A DNA stretch of 33,415 nucleotides, taken from contig JAJCYU010000251.1 of the NCBI GenBank assembly GCA_029262755.1, positions 1 to 33,415 on the forward strand. Reading direction: 5' to 3'. The DNA is from Anaerolineae bacterium (lineage in GTDB: Bacteria > Chloroflexota > Anaerolineae > Epilineales > Epilineaceae). A model generated the notes under the pieces. That model made no database searches. It was not told the origin of the DNA and saw only the letters and a program-made list of their open reading frames with translations. Positions 7,985-16,990 of this stretch are shown here, one piece after another; position 1 is the stretch's first letter; each line of letters begins with the position of its first letter. The translations under genes were made by a program, and so were the position numbers.

Positions 7985-10702
7985 CTACGCTTTCAACTGC
8001 GCCTGCAACCACGCGACGATTGCCAAAGCGTCCGTGCGCAAGGCCCCGTTCTCGGTGACGCCAGTCCTTGATTGCACGCGACACCACGCGTCGCCCGGAC
8101 GCAGGGTTCGCCCCGACTGCGGCGCGAGCACGAGCCACGGTGCTGTGGCCGGCGGCGAGGGTTCGTCGAGCCTAAAACCGGCCTGTTCGCAGGCGTAGGC
8201 GCCATGACCGTCCACCACGGGCCCGTACCAGCCCGATGCCAGCCGCGGAGTGCGCGCACGCCCAGACCCGACGTGGTGAAGCACCAACTGCGCTCCTACA
8301 AGCGGCATTTCGTGGGCGTCGAGTGACGCGCCATCCGCGTCCGGATCGCGCAGGGAGACGACGTGCCGGGCGAGCATCGGCAACCGTCCGGCAAACAGTT
8401 CCAATTGGGTGTAGGCCGAGACGGATGCGACGAGCCGCGGGTTCACCTCGATCACCCAGTAGGCTCCATCTACGTCCCGTAGCAAATCGACGCCGAAGAA
8501 CCCCCGGTAGCCTTCCGCGCCAAGTCCGGTCCCAATGCGCCGCGCAAGCTCGATTCCAGGCGCCGTGTCGAGTGCTTGCTGCCGGGTGGCGCTCCAATCT
8601 TGACCGCACGAACCGAGGGATTGCAGCGTGAGCGCGGGATGCCCCGTGATTTGTAGGAACGGAGCGCCGACGACGACCCCCCGCGCGGTCACGCACGCGT
8701 TGACCGTCCACGTCTCGCCTTCCAGGCGACGGCTGACGCGCGCGGTCCGGCCGCGCAGGGCATCGCGTGCGGACACGAATAGCGGCTCGTCGTCCACCGG
8801 AAAGGTCTTCAGCCCCGCGTAGCCGCTGGGTCCCTGTACAACCAGACGAGGCCCGAGGAGCGAGCTCAACTGCGCATACGAGCTTGTCGCCAGCTCCACG
8901 GCCGCAGAGGGTGGCAGCGGAAGGCCGAGCTCCGCGCCAATCTCGAGAAAGGCAAGCTTGTTCTCCCACCGGCGAGCGAGCTTCGCCGGCGAAGCAATCA
9001 GGGGCCAGCCCATGTCCCGGCAGCGCCGCTCGATGGCATGCGAACTCTTGAAGACCAGGATTGCTGGCGCAGGAGCCTCGGCCAAGAACGCTTCGGTGGC
9101 GGGGGCCTGTAAGACATCCAGCGCGTTACGGCCTGCCGGGCGACGTGTTGCGGGCGGTGAGTTGGACCCCGACGAGGTAGACGGCGATGGGGGAGACGGC
9201 GTCGAAGCATTTGGAGGGTGCGTGCCGTCGCGCGCGGCAGGGCTCGCCGCGGCGGTGGCATTGGGTGCAGCAAGAGGCGCGGCCTCCGGGTCCGCGCTGG
9301 GCGGCGGATCGGCCTCCAGCGCGAGCACCGCGTGTCCCGCCGATCGCAGCAACCGGCCCGCCGGTGTGTCATCCAAGACCGCGAAACGCATGCTCGGCAG
9401 CAACGACTCCAAACCGATCCCATAGTGCGTGTCGGGTCCGACGAAGCTAAGACCGGCAACCTGCCGCGATGCCCACGCGGAGAAGGAAGCAACGTTCCGC
9501 ACAACACCGGCATCCGAAGGCTCCGCGCCGGGCTCATTACGTTCGTCGCCACTCCCGAAGGAGGGCACGGATGAGTCTTGAGAGGCTTGCGGCCACGCGT
9601 CCATCGCCTGCAGGGCAGCGTCCACGTCCTCGACGAAACGTTCGCTCAGTTCGGCCATGCCCTGTACTTGGTCAATAGCGCGAGCGTGATCGTGCGACTC
9701 GTCTTGCGAATCGCCTGCGCGGCGCGGCACATCGACACGTCGGGCGCCGGTGATCACGACCGCGACGTTGCGCAGCCCACGTTCGCGCGCGGCCCGGCCG
9801 GCTGCGGCAAGTGCGGCCGCGCCTTCGAGCGACGAATCGATGCCGGCGTCCAAGAGCAGACGTCCGGCGGCTTCGGCTTCCGCGTCGGTGATGACCCAGC
9901 CCGATCCACCCGTGGAACGCAAGAAGCGCTTCGCTTCCCCGACCCTGCGCGTCTTGCGTGCGCCGAGCTGCCCGACGCGGCTCTGTCGTTGGGCCGGTTC
10001 GAGCACCCGCTTATCGAACTCGCCGGCGACCGGCTGGGCCCCTGCGCCCTGCACGGCGTGGAGCTGCGGTATCGCGAACGTCGGGGCGTGTTCGGGTCTG
10101 TTCGCTGCCGACCGAACCATGGCGGCGAATTCCGGGCGTTGCCAGGCGCGGCCGATGGCCACCAAGGAGGTTGCGCTCGAGACGAACGTGAAGACCGCCT
10201 CGACGGGCGGCTCGATGGCGAGAAGCTCCCAGCCGAGCGTCTGAAACCCTTCCGGCGCCGCTGGATCCGTGGACGGTCGCAGGTTGTGTAAACCCCGTGC
10301 AGCCGCGACATCGCGGGCGAGCGTCAGCGCGCGCTCGGAAACTAGCAACAAGGCGCCTTCCGCCGTGATGCGCGCTCGTTTCGCCGGCGAGGTCCGGGGC
10401 GATACGAACGCCGCCACCGGGATGCCGGCGGCCCGCCCGTAGCGCGCCGTGGCGATCGCGGCGTTACCGGAGGACGAAATGACAAGCCACCGCGGCGGCG
10501 GATCGGCACTGGCCAACAGCGAAACCTGATAGGCCGCGCCACGGTCCTTGTGCGATCCCGTCGGGTTGCGGTCTTCCCGCTTGAGCACGAGCCGCGCGAG
10601 GCCGAGTTGCGCCGCAATCGCGGGCACATCCTCCGCCGGTGTATCTCCCTCTCCGAGGCTGAGACGGCGGCCGGGTGGCGGCGCATGCGCAAACCCCTGC
10701 AC
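7985..10702 (-). CDS. Fusion protein: threonine-synthase-like fold-type II PLP enzyme (N-terminal) plus ATP-grasp ligase (C-terminal)
   Basis: N-terminal: LSLGEGDTP, KREDRNPTGSHKDRG (PLP Lys52), SSGNAA, VVITG (about 9746-10702). C-terminal: ENKLAF..GLPLPP, VVQGPSGYAG, YRGFFGVDLL, WVIEVNPR (about 7988-9500). One uninterrupted 905-aa frame. Confidence 0.85.
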   Translation of the reverse strand: MQGFAHAPPPGRRLSLGEGDTPAEDVPAIAAQLGLARLVLKREDRNPTGSHKDRGAAYQVSLLASADPPPRWLVISSSGNAAIATARYGRAAGIPVAAFVSPRTSPAKRARITAEGALLLVSERALTLARDVAAARGLHNLRPSTDPAAPEGFQTLGWELLAIEPPVEAVFTFVSSATSLVAIGRAWQRPEFAAMVRSAANRPEHAPTFAIPQLHAVQGAGAQPVAGEFDKRVLEPAQRQSRVGQLGARKTRRVGEAKRFLRSTGGSGWVITDAEAEAAGRLLLDAGIDSSLEGAAALAAAGRAARERGLRNVAVVITGARRVDVPRRAGDSQDESHDHARAIDQVQGMAELSERFVEDVDAALQAMDAWPQASQDSSVPSFGSGDERNEPGAEPSDAGVVRNVASFSAWASRQVAGLSFVGPDTHYGIGLESLLPSMRFAVLDDTPAGRLLRSAGHAVLALEADPPPSADPEAAPLAAPNATAAASPAARDGTHPPNASTPSPPSPSTSSGSNSPPATRRPAGRNALDVLQAPATEAFLAEAPAPAILVFKSSHAIERRCRDMGWPLIASPAKLARRWENKLAFLEIGAELGLPLPPSAAVELATSSYAQLSSLLGPRLVVQGPSGYAGLKTFPVDDEPLFVSARDALRGRTARVSRRLEGETWTVNACVTARGVVVGAPFLQITGHPALTLQSLGSCGQDWSATRQQALDTAPGIELARRIGTGLGAEGYRGFFGVDLLRDVDGAYWVIEVNPRLVASVSAYTQLELFAGRLPMLARHVVSLRDPDADGASLDAHEMPLVGAQLVLHHVGSGRARTPRLASGWYGPVVDGHGAYACEQAGFRLDEPSPPATAPWLVLAPQSGRTLRPGDAWCRVQSRTGVTENGALRTDALAIVAWLQAQLKA

Positions 10703-10740
10703 GAATCGCCAGATGCCGATCTCGTTCCTATGCGAAGTCG

Positions 10741-11187
10741 CTACTTCTCCTCCTCCTCGAAGAGGTCGAGCAATAGCGGCTCGCGTTGGATGACCTCAAG
10801 CTCCGCACCGCAGTGGGCGCAGTACAGCACCTCACCCAGCTCGACGTCGCCGGCAACCGGCACGCCTTCCCCGCAGGCGGGACACGGTTGGTCCGCCCCG
10901 GTGGGCACAGCGGGCACCTCGGTTCCAGAAGAAACGGGCGGTGCTTCGAACGAAGCGGCAGTAGCCGTCGAATCGGCTGTTCCGGATCCATCCCCCGTCG
11001 CGATGGACGTAGTCGGGTGGCTGGAAGAGGTCGGAGTGTCGGCTGGAGAGTGACCGGTTTTCGAGGGTGTCTCGTGCGTCACGGGATCCTCCGTGTTTCG
11101 GGTGGCGGCGGGACCGGCCGGATTGGGTTTGGTGCGGGGTCGCTGATGACCCTTGCGGAAGAACAGGCGGATCCAAGTGGGGATCAT
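10741..11187 (-). CDS. LysW-like zinc-ribbon carrier protein with long disordered N-terminal extension and non-canonical EEEEK C-terminus
   Basis: CPACG-x-ELGEVLYCAHCGAELEV..EPLLL resembles Thermus LysW (CPECG...ELGELVVCEDCGAELEV...DPLRL, recalled from memory). GGAGG precedes ATG 11187; a second in-frame GGAGG-GTG start lies at 11082. Confidence 0.8.
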   Translation of the reverse strand: MIPTWIRLFFRKGHQRPRTKPNPAGPAATRNTEDPVTHETPSKTGHSPADTPTSSSHPTTSIATGDGSGTADSTATAASFEAPPVSSGTEVPAVPTGADQPCPACGEGVPVAGDVELGEVLYCAHCGAELEVIQREPLLLDLFEEEEK

Positions 11188-11188
11188 C

Positions 11189-12871
11189 TCAATCCTCCGC
11201 GTCATGGGCGACGGCGCTTGAGGCGGTAGCTTCGCGCAACAGAGCTCGAAAGCCGCGCTCGCCACCACCGTCTACGTAGAAACGTCGAAAGAAGTACGGG
11301 CATGCCGGCGATAGCAACACGATCTGTCCCGGACGCGCCTTGTCGACAACACTGCGAATCGCCGGCGGCAGATCCTCGAATCGATCGATGGCCGGGGCAA
11401 CGACACGATCATGATTGCTGCCCGACTTCGCGATCAACGCCTCCACCGCCGCTGCTATACGCGCACCGCCTGCCCCAGGCAACACGACCAATCGTACGAC
11501 ACGTTTGTGGATCTCCGCCGCGAGGTCGGCCAGCGCGAGCCCCTTGTCGTCTCCGCCTACGATCAGCACGATCCGGTCGCCCAGAGCGCGCAGCGCGGCG
11601 ATGGTGGCCTGGGGGGTCGTCGCGTTCAGGTCGTCGTAGTAGGCCACATCGTCGGCGCCCCACACGAACTGGATGCGATGGCGCAGACCCCGATAGGCGC
11701 GCAGTCCTGCATCAATCGCGCGCAGATCCGCGCCCGCGAGGCGCGACGCGAGCGCCGCGGCGAGCACGTTGCTCTCGTTATGATCGCCCGGTAAGCGGGG
11801 CAAGGCCGGAAGGGTCAGCCGTTCTACGGGCCCGACCGGACTGGCGCGCAGATGGAGCACGCCGTCCACGAGCCACGCCGCGCAATGCGCCTGCCGGCCC
11901 GTGTCATCGCCGTGCCCGTCGATCGTTTCGCGCGCCGCTATCCCTATCGCGCCATCGTCTTCCCCGTCAACGGTGCTCATCCCGTGTCCTTCGTCCGAAG
12001 CGCCGACCTCACCGGGCGTGCCGGAACCGGTCCGGCGCGGCGCCGCGCGAGCGAACAACAGCGCGTGCCCGGGCGCATGGTTCGCGAACCCGGCGGTGAC
12101 GGCATCGTCCGCGTTCAGCACCGCGAAGCCGGAGGCCGGCTGGGCGTCCAGGAGACGGCGCTTCACGGCGGCATAGGCATCGAAGGAGTCGGCGTGCTCG
12201 TCCAAGTGGTTGGGCAGCACGTTGGTCACGACCGCGACGTCCGCACCCTGTCCGGGGGCCAGTTGAAGTCCGCGCAGATGGCGGTTGCTGACCTCGAGAA
12301 CAAGCCAGTCCGTGGCGGACATCTGGTCCATTCGGTCCAAAACCTGCACGCTGCGTCGCTCGTTGCCTGCGTACCAAACGCGCAGCTTCGCCTGCAGCAA
12401 CATGGACTCGACGAGCCGACTCGTCGTGGACTTACCGTTGCTGCCGGTCACCGCAAGGATCCGCGCCGGCGCCAAGCCGAAGTAGAGGTCCATGATGCCG
12501 CGAAGGGGAAGTCCGGCATCGATCAGGGGGGCCAACGCCGCCACGTTACGCGGATACAGGTACCAGGCCTGTCCGGCGAAGATCACCTCCGCGTCCTCGA
12601 TCCCCTCCAAGTAGGCATTGCCCAAACGGCGGGTGAGCGGCAGGCTGGACAACTCCGTCCATAGGCTCGCTCGCTGCGCCTTCGGCAGTCCCACGTGGGA
12701 GCGCGAAAACGCACGTCGGAGCGGTTCGCCTTCTTCGACATCGTGAACCGTGATATCGCGGGCGCCGCGCTCCCATAGGAATCGGGTCACGGCCGTGCCC
12801 TCGCTGCCAGCGAGCCCAACCACGTGGATGCGGCGGCCAAGCAGGTCGCCCAGGGTGTCGGCGTTGATCAC
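11189..12871 (-). CDS. MurD-like Mur ligase (divergent)
   Basis: VVGLAGSEG, VTGSNGKSTT (P-loop), TNVLPNHLDEH, GDHNESN, GLRHRIQFV, LIVGGDDKG, VLLSPAC. GTG start overlaps the NlpC/P60 stop (GTGA). Confidence 0.88.
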   Translation of the reverse strand: MINADTLGDLLGRRIHVVGLAGSEGTAVTRFLWERGARDITVHDVEEGEPLRRAFSRSHVGLPKAQRASLWTELSSLPLTRRLGNAYLEGIEDAEVIFAGQAWYLYPRNVAALAPLIDAGLPLRGIMDLYFGLAPARILAVTGSNGKSTTSRLVESMLLQAKLRVWYAGNERRSVQVLDRMDQMSATDWLVLEVSNRHLRGLQLAPGQGADVAVVTNVLPNHLDEHADSFDAYAAVKRRLLDAQPASGFAVLNADDAVTAGFANHAPGHALLFARAAPRRTGSGTPGEVGASDEGHGMSTVDGEDDGAIGIAARETIDGHGDDTGRQAHCAAWLVDGVLHLRASPVGPVERLTLPALPRLPGDHNESNVLAAALASRLAGADLRAIDAGLRAYRGLRHRIQFVWGADDVAYYDDLNATTPQATIAALRALGDRIVLIVGGDDKGLALADLAAEIHKRVVRLVVLPGAGGARIAAAVEALIAKSGSNHDRVVAPAIDRFEDLPPAIRSVVDKARPGQIVLLSPACPYFFRRFYVDGGGERGFRALLREATASSAVAHDAED

Positions 12872-13950
12872 GAGCTGGTGTGGCCGCTCGGATTGCCATT
12901 CACGCGACCGAGCCCCGGCTCCCCTCCCGATGAGACCGGAGCCGCGTCGGTGTCACGCGGCAAGGGCCGCAGACCCTCCGGAAAGCGACGGGCGGCGCGC
13001 AGGCCGTAGCGGGCAAGAAAGTCGTCCATGGGCTCGACGACGACGGCAGCATGGTCAAGTCCAGCGTGGGCCACCGAAAGGGTCCCACGTGGCGGCTCGT
13101 CCTGCGGTGCGTGGCCCTCGGAGAGGCCGACAAGAGCCGCTCCGACCCACGGCGCCGGGGGCAGCACGAGCGCGGTATGCGAGACGCCGCGCTCGAGATG
13201 GTGCAGCAGGAGCAAATCGCCCATGGCCCAGGACTCGCGCGGCACCCGGGCGCCGAAGCGCGTCTGATCGCTCGAATGGCGCGGGAGCCCAATGCCCTGG
13301 GCTGCGCGGAATACCTTCTGCGTCAGCGCGGAACAATCGATGCCGCTGCGCAGGCGGCCCCCGAGACGATACGGGGAGCCAAGCCAAGGGGCGAGCGCAA
13401 CCAACCAATCCGTCGCGTCCGCGGGGCGGGCGCTTCCCGCCCATCCGTCTCGCCATTCGGCTACGCTGGGCGGACGATCCGCGCTTGGATCGAGATCGGT
13501 CACGCTGGCGGCTTCACACCACCCGACGGTCCGATCCGCGAGCTCGACCGCGAGCCAGCCCGCCGAGGGCCAGAGCCGCCGAATGGGCGGCTCATCGGCC
13601 GACCACTGGGTGGCCAGGTCCCCGTTGGGCGTTGCGTGCACGTCCACGTGCGTTGCACGCGGCGCAATCCAGACGGCGTCGTCGAGTTCGGTCAGCGCGC
13701 GCACACGGACACGCGCCGCATCCGGCTCGTAGCCGCCGACGCGCAGACCGCTCGCCAACGACCGTTCCAGGGCCGCACGCTGAGACGGCACGAGCACGTC
13801 GCCCACAACCCAGGCGCCGCCGTGTCCGTCTGATTGCACGTCGAGCTCCGCCACGACCACCCCGTGTTGCTCCCGCCAGCGGGCGAGCAGATCGCGCAGG
13901 GTGTCGCGCACGTGGGCAATGAGGGCCGCTTCGTGCACGGTGGGCTCCAT
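12868..13950 (-). CDS. NlpC/P60 (C40) cysteine peptidase with SH3-like region, no evident signal peptide
   Basis: [34 protein letters not shown] and a later HAG give a Cys-His-His triad. [13 protein letters not shown] is SH3b-like. Start placed at ATG 13950 because the longer ORF runs across the acnA promoter and start. Confidence 0.85.
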   Translation of the reverse strand: MEPTVHEAALIAHVRDTLRDLLARWREQHGVVVAELDVQSDGHGGAWVVGDVLVPSQRAALERSLASGLRVGGYEPDAARVRVRALTELDDAVWIAPRATHVDVHATPNGDLATQWSADEPPIRRLWPSAGWLAVELADRTVGWCEAASVTDLDPSADRPPSVAEWRDGWAGSARPADATDWLVALAPWLGSPYRLGGRLRSGIDCSALTQKVFRAAQGIGLPRHSSDQTRFGARVPRESWAMGDLLLLHHLERGVSHTALVLPPAPWVGAALVGLSEGHAPQDEPPRGTLSVAHAGLDHAAVVVEPMDDFLARYGLRAARRFPEGLRPLPRDTDAAPVSSGGEPGLGRVNGNPSGHTSS

Positions 13951-14005
13951 CACTGTTCGCGGGGTCGAGTTCCGGCAGTGCCGGAATCGCGGTGAGAGGG
14001 CGCCA

Positions 14006-14011
14006 AGTATA
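14006..14011 (-). promoter_or_regulatory. Putative sigma70 -10 element (TATACT) for the NlpC/P60-MurD-LysW-fusion operon
   Basis: TATACT on the minus strand about 55 nt upstream of ATG 13950 in a GC-rich divergent intergenic region. No good -35. Confidence 0.45.
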
Positions 14012-14076
14012 GGGCCGCCTTGCGCTCGCGCACCAGCCGAAGCAGGTTGCCGCAGCCTGACCGGGCCCTGCGATCC

Positions 14077-14085
14077 TGCTAGAAT
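14077..14085 (+). promoter_or_regulatory. Putative extended -10 promoter (TGcTAGAAT) for acnA
   Basis: TG-n-TAGAAT about 110 nt upstream of the acnA ATG. Confidence 0.5.
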
Positions 14086-14197
14086 CCAGGGTCCGTTCCC
14101 AGCCCAGCCCAAGGCGGTCAGCATACCGTCGTCCCGGCCCGGAGCGCGCAGCCCGCGGGCGGCGCCCGCGCTCGTGCCCCGACCAAGGAGTCGCACC

Positions 14198-16990
14198 ATG
14201 GCCCATCGAGACGCTTTCAACGCGCGCCGTAGTTTGGAGACCGCGGACGGCCCCGTCGCGATCTACGCGCTCGATGCCGTGGCACGGGCGGGCCTGGGCG
14301 ACGTCGACCGATTGCCGCGCACGATACGGGTCTTGCTCGAGGCCGCGCTGCGCAACCTGGACGACTTTTCCGTGACCGAAGAACACGTTTCGGCCATCGC
14401 TGGGTGGTCGCCTAGCGGTGACCAAGAGCACGAGATCCCGTTCAAGCCTTCGCGCGTGATCCTGCAGGACTTCACGGGCGTTCCCTCCGTCGTGGATATG
14501 GCGGCGCTGCGCTCCGCGATGCATCGCTTAGGTGGCGATCCGCAACGGATCAACCCGCAGGTGCCCGTCGATCTGGTAATCGACCACTCCGTGCAGGTCG
14601 ACGCCTTCGGCTCGCTCGCCGCGCTGCTGATCAACGCCGATCGCGAATTCGAACGCAACGAAGAGCGCTACAAATTTCTCCATTGGGGCAAGGAGGCCTT
14701 CGAGCGTTTCCGTGCCGTACCTCCCGCATCGGGGATCGTGCATCAGGTCAACCTCGAGTACCTGGCCACGGTGATCGCGGACGGCGACATCGACGGTCTG
14801 CGCACCGCATGGCCGGATTCGCTTGTGGGAACCGACTCGCATACGACCATGATCAACGGCCTCGGCGTATTGGGCTGGGGCGTGGGCGGTATTGAGGCCG
14901 AGGCCGTCATGCTCGGCCAGCCGATCTACATGCTGTTGCCCGACGTGGTCGGCTTCGAACTCAGCGGCGCGCTTCCGGACGGCGCAACTGCCACGGACCT
15001 CGTCCTGCGCGTAACGGAAATGCTCCGGGCCCACGGCGTTGTCGGCAAGCTCGTCGAGTTCTTCGGCGACGGCTTGGGTCGACTCTCGCTGCCCGACCGG
15101 GCGACGATCGCCAACATGAGCCCGGAATACGGTGCAACCTGCGGCTTCTTCCCCGTAGACGACGAGACCCTCGCGTATCTGCGACGCACGAACCGCGCGT
15201 CGCGCGCCGATCTGGTGGAGCGCTACACGAAGGAGCAGGGCCTCTTCCGCGTCCCCGGCATGGCGCCCTTGGATTACTCCAGCAGCTTGGGTTTGGACAT
15301 GAGCACCGTGGTGCCGAGCATGGCCGGTCCGAAGCGGCCACAGGACCGCGTCGCCGTGACCGATCTCAAGAAGAGCTTCTACATGACCATGCGCGATGCG
15401 ATGGGGCGCGAGGTGCCGGAGGAGTTCCCCGCTTACGTCACGGGCACGGGTTCGGCCACAACCCATGTCAACGGTACGAACGGCCGGGTGGCGCAGCGTA
15501 GCGACTTGTACGGCACGTCGCGTGTACCGGTGCAGCTCAACGACGAAAACTTCACGATGCAGGATGGCGCCGTAGTCATCGCGGCCATTACCTCGTGCAC
15601 CAATACGTCCAACCCGACCGTCATGATCGCCGCGGCGCTGCTCGCCAAGAAAGCGGTGGAGCTGGGTCTGGACAGCAAGCCGTGGGTCAAGACCAGCATG
15701 GCGCCCGGTTCCAAGGTGGTGACGCGCTACATGGAGGCATCCGGACTCGATCCCTACCTTCAGGCTTTGGGCTTCCACACGGTCGGCTACGGCTGCACGT
15801 CGTGCATCGGCAACAGCGGGCCGCTGCCCGAGCCGATCGAGACAGCGATCAAAGAGCACGATTTGGTCGTATGCTCCGTGCTTTCCGGCAATCGCAACTT
15901 CGAGGGCCGTGTCCATCCGCTAACCCGTGCGAATTATCTTGCGAGCCCGCCCCTCGTCGTGGCGTATGCAATTTCCGGCACGATGGATATCGACCTCGCG
16001 ACCGAGCCGCTCGGAACTGACCCCAACGGGGCGCCGGTGTACTTGTCCGACGTCTGGCCGACGCAGGACGAAATCCGGGAAACGGTTGCGGCGAGCCTTC
16101 GCCCCGAGCTGTTCGCCGAGGAATACGGTCAGATCTTCACCGGCAACGAGCGTTGGAACGCCATCGAGGCAGCGGGCGGAGCGCTCTATGATTGGCAAGC
16201 GGATTCGACCTACATCCGCGAACCGAGCTTCTTCCAGGACCTGACCGTCGACGTGCCGCCCATCGAAGGCGTGCGCGATGCACGCGTCCTGGTGCTGGTC
16301 GGCGACTCGATCACGACCGATCACATCTCGCCGGCCGGGGCCATCCCATCCCGTTCGCCTGCGGGCACCTATCTCCAAGCCCACGGCGTCGAACCGCGCG
16401 ACTTCAACAGCTACGGCAGCCGCCGCGGCAACCACGAGGTCATGGTGCGCGGCACCTTCGCAAACATCCGGCTGCGCAATCAACTCGCGCCGGGCACGGA
16501 GGGCGGCTTCACTACGCACTTGCCTTCCGGCGAGGTCACCTCGATCTTCGAGGCGTCCGAGCGCTATCAGGCGGCGGGCACCTCGCTCGTCGTGCTGGCG
16601 GGCAAGGAGTACGGCACGGGCAGTTCCCGCGACTGGGCTGCCAAGGGCACCCTCTTGCTGGGAGTCAAAGCGGTCATCGCGCAGAGCTTCGAGCGCATCC
16701 ACCGAAGCAATCTCGTCGGCATGGGTGTGCTGCCACTGCAGTTCGCGGATGGCCAGAGTTGGCAATCGCTCGGCCTGACCGGGAGCGAGCACTTCGATAT
16801 CCACATGCCGTCGGAACTCGAAGCGGGTCAGCCCGTGGAGGTCACGGCGCGTAACGCCGACGGTGTCGCCACGACGTTCACGACCGCGAGCCGCCTCGAT
16901 AGCCCCGTGGATGTACGCTATTACCGTAATGGCGGCATCCTGCATACGGTCCTGCGCGACATGGTGCGCGGCGAAGCGCAACCGGCGTAG
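14198..16990 (+). CDS. acnA: Aconitate hydratase A
   Basis: [115 protein letters not shown] at 14185-14190. Confidence 0.98.
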   Translation: MAHRDAFNARRSLETADGPVAIYALDAVARAGLGDVDRLPRTIRVLLEAALRNLDDFSVTEEHVSAIAGWSPSGDQEHEIPFKPSRVILQDFTGVPSVVDMAALRSAMHRLGGDPQRINPQVPVDLVIDHSVQVDAFGSLAALLINADREFERNEERYKFLHWGKEAFERFRAVPPASGIVHQVNLEYLATVIADGDIDGLRTAWPDSLVGTDSHTTMINGLGVLGWGVGGIEAEAVMLGQPIYMLLPDVVGFELSGALPDGATATDLVLRVTEMLRAHGVVGKLVEFFGDGLGRLSLPDRATIANMSPEYGATCGFFPVDDETLAYLRRTNRASRADLVERYTKEQGLFRVPGMAPLDYSSSLGLDMSTVVPSMAGPKRPQDRVAVTDLKKSFYMTMRDAMGREVPEEFPAYVTGTGSATTHVNGTNGRVAQRSDLYGTSRVPVQLNDENFTMQDGAVVIAAITSCTNTSNPTVMIAAALLAKKAVELGLDSKPWVKTSMAPGSKVVTRYMEASGLDPYLQALGFHTVGYGCTSCIGNSGPLPEPIETAIKEHDLVVCSVLSGNRNFEGRVHPLTRANYLASPPLVVAYAISGTMDIDLATEPLGTDPNGAPVYLSDVWPTQDEIRETVAASLRPELFAEEYGQIFTGNERWNAIEAAGGALYDWQADSTYIREPSFFQDLTVDVPPIEGVRDARVLVLVGDSITTDHISPAGAIPSRSPAGTYLQAHGVEPRDFNSYGSRRGNHEVMVRGTFANIRLRNQLAPGTEGGFTTHLPSGEVTSIFEASERYQAAGTSLVVLAGKEYGTGSSRDWAAKGTLLLGVKAVIAQSFERIHRSNLVGMGVLPLQFADGQSWQSLGLTGSEHFDIHMPSELEAGQPVEVTARNADGVATTFTTASRLDSPVDVRYYRNGGILHTVLRDMVRGEAQPA

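Noticed and set aside
9746..10702. Calling the PLP domain thrC and the zinc ribbon lysW
   Set aside because: The divergent phosphate loop, fusion context and missing EDWGE make the canonical functions unsupported, so symbols were withheld.
13901..14220. Long N-terminal extensions of acnA (from 13901) and NlpC/P60 (from 14220) in the ORF track
   Set aside because: They overlap each other head to head and cover both candidate promoters. acnA has a clear RBS before ATG 14198.
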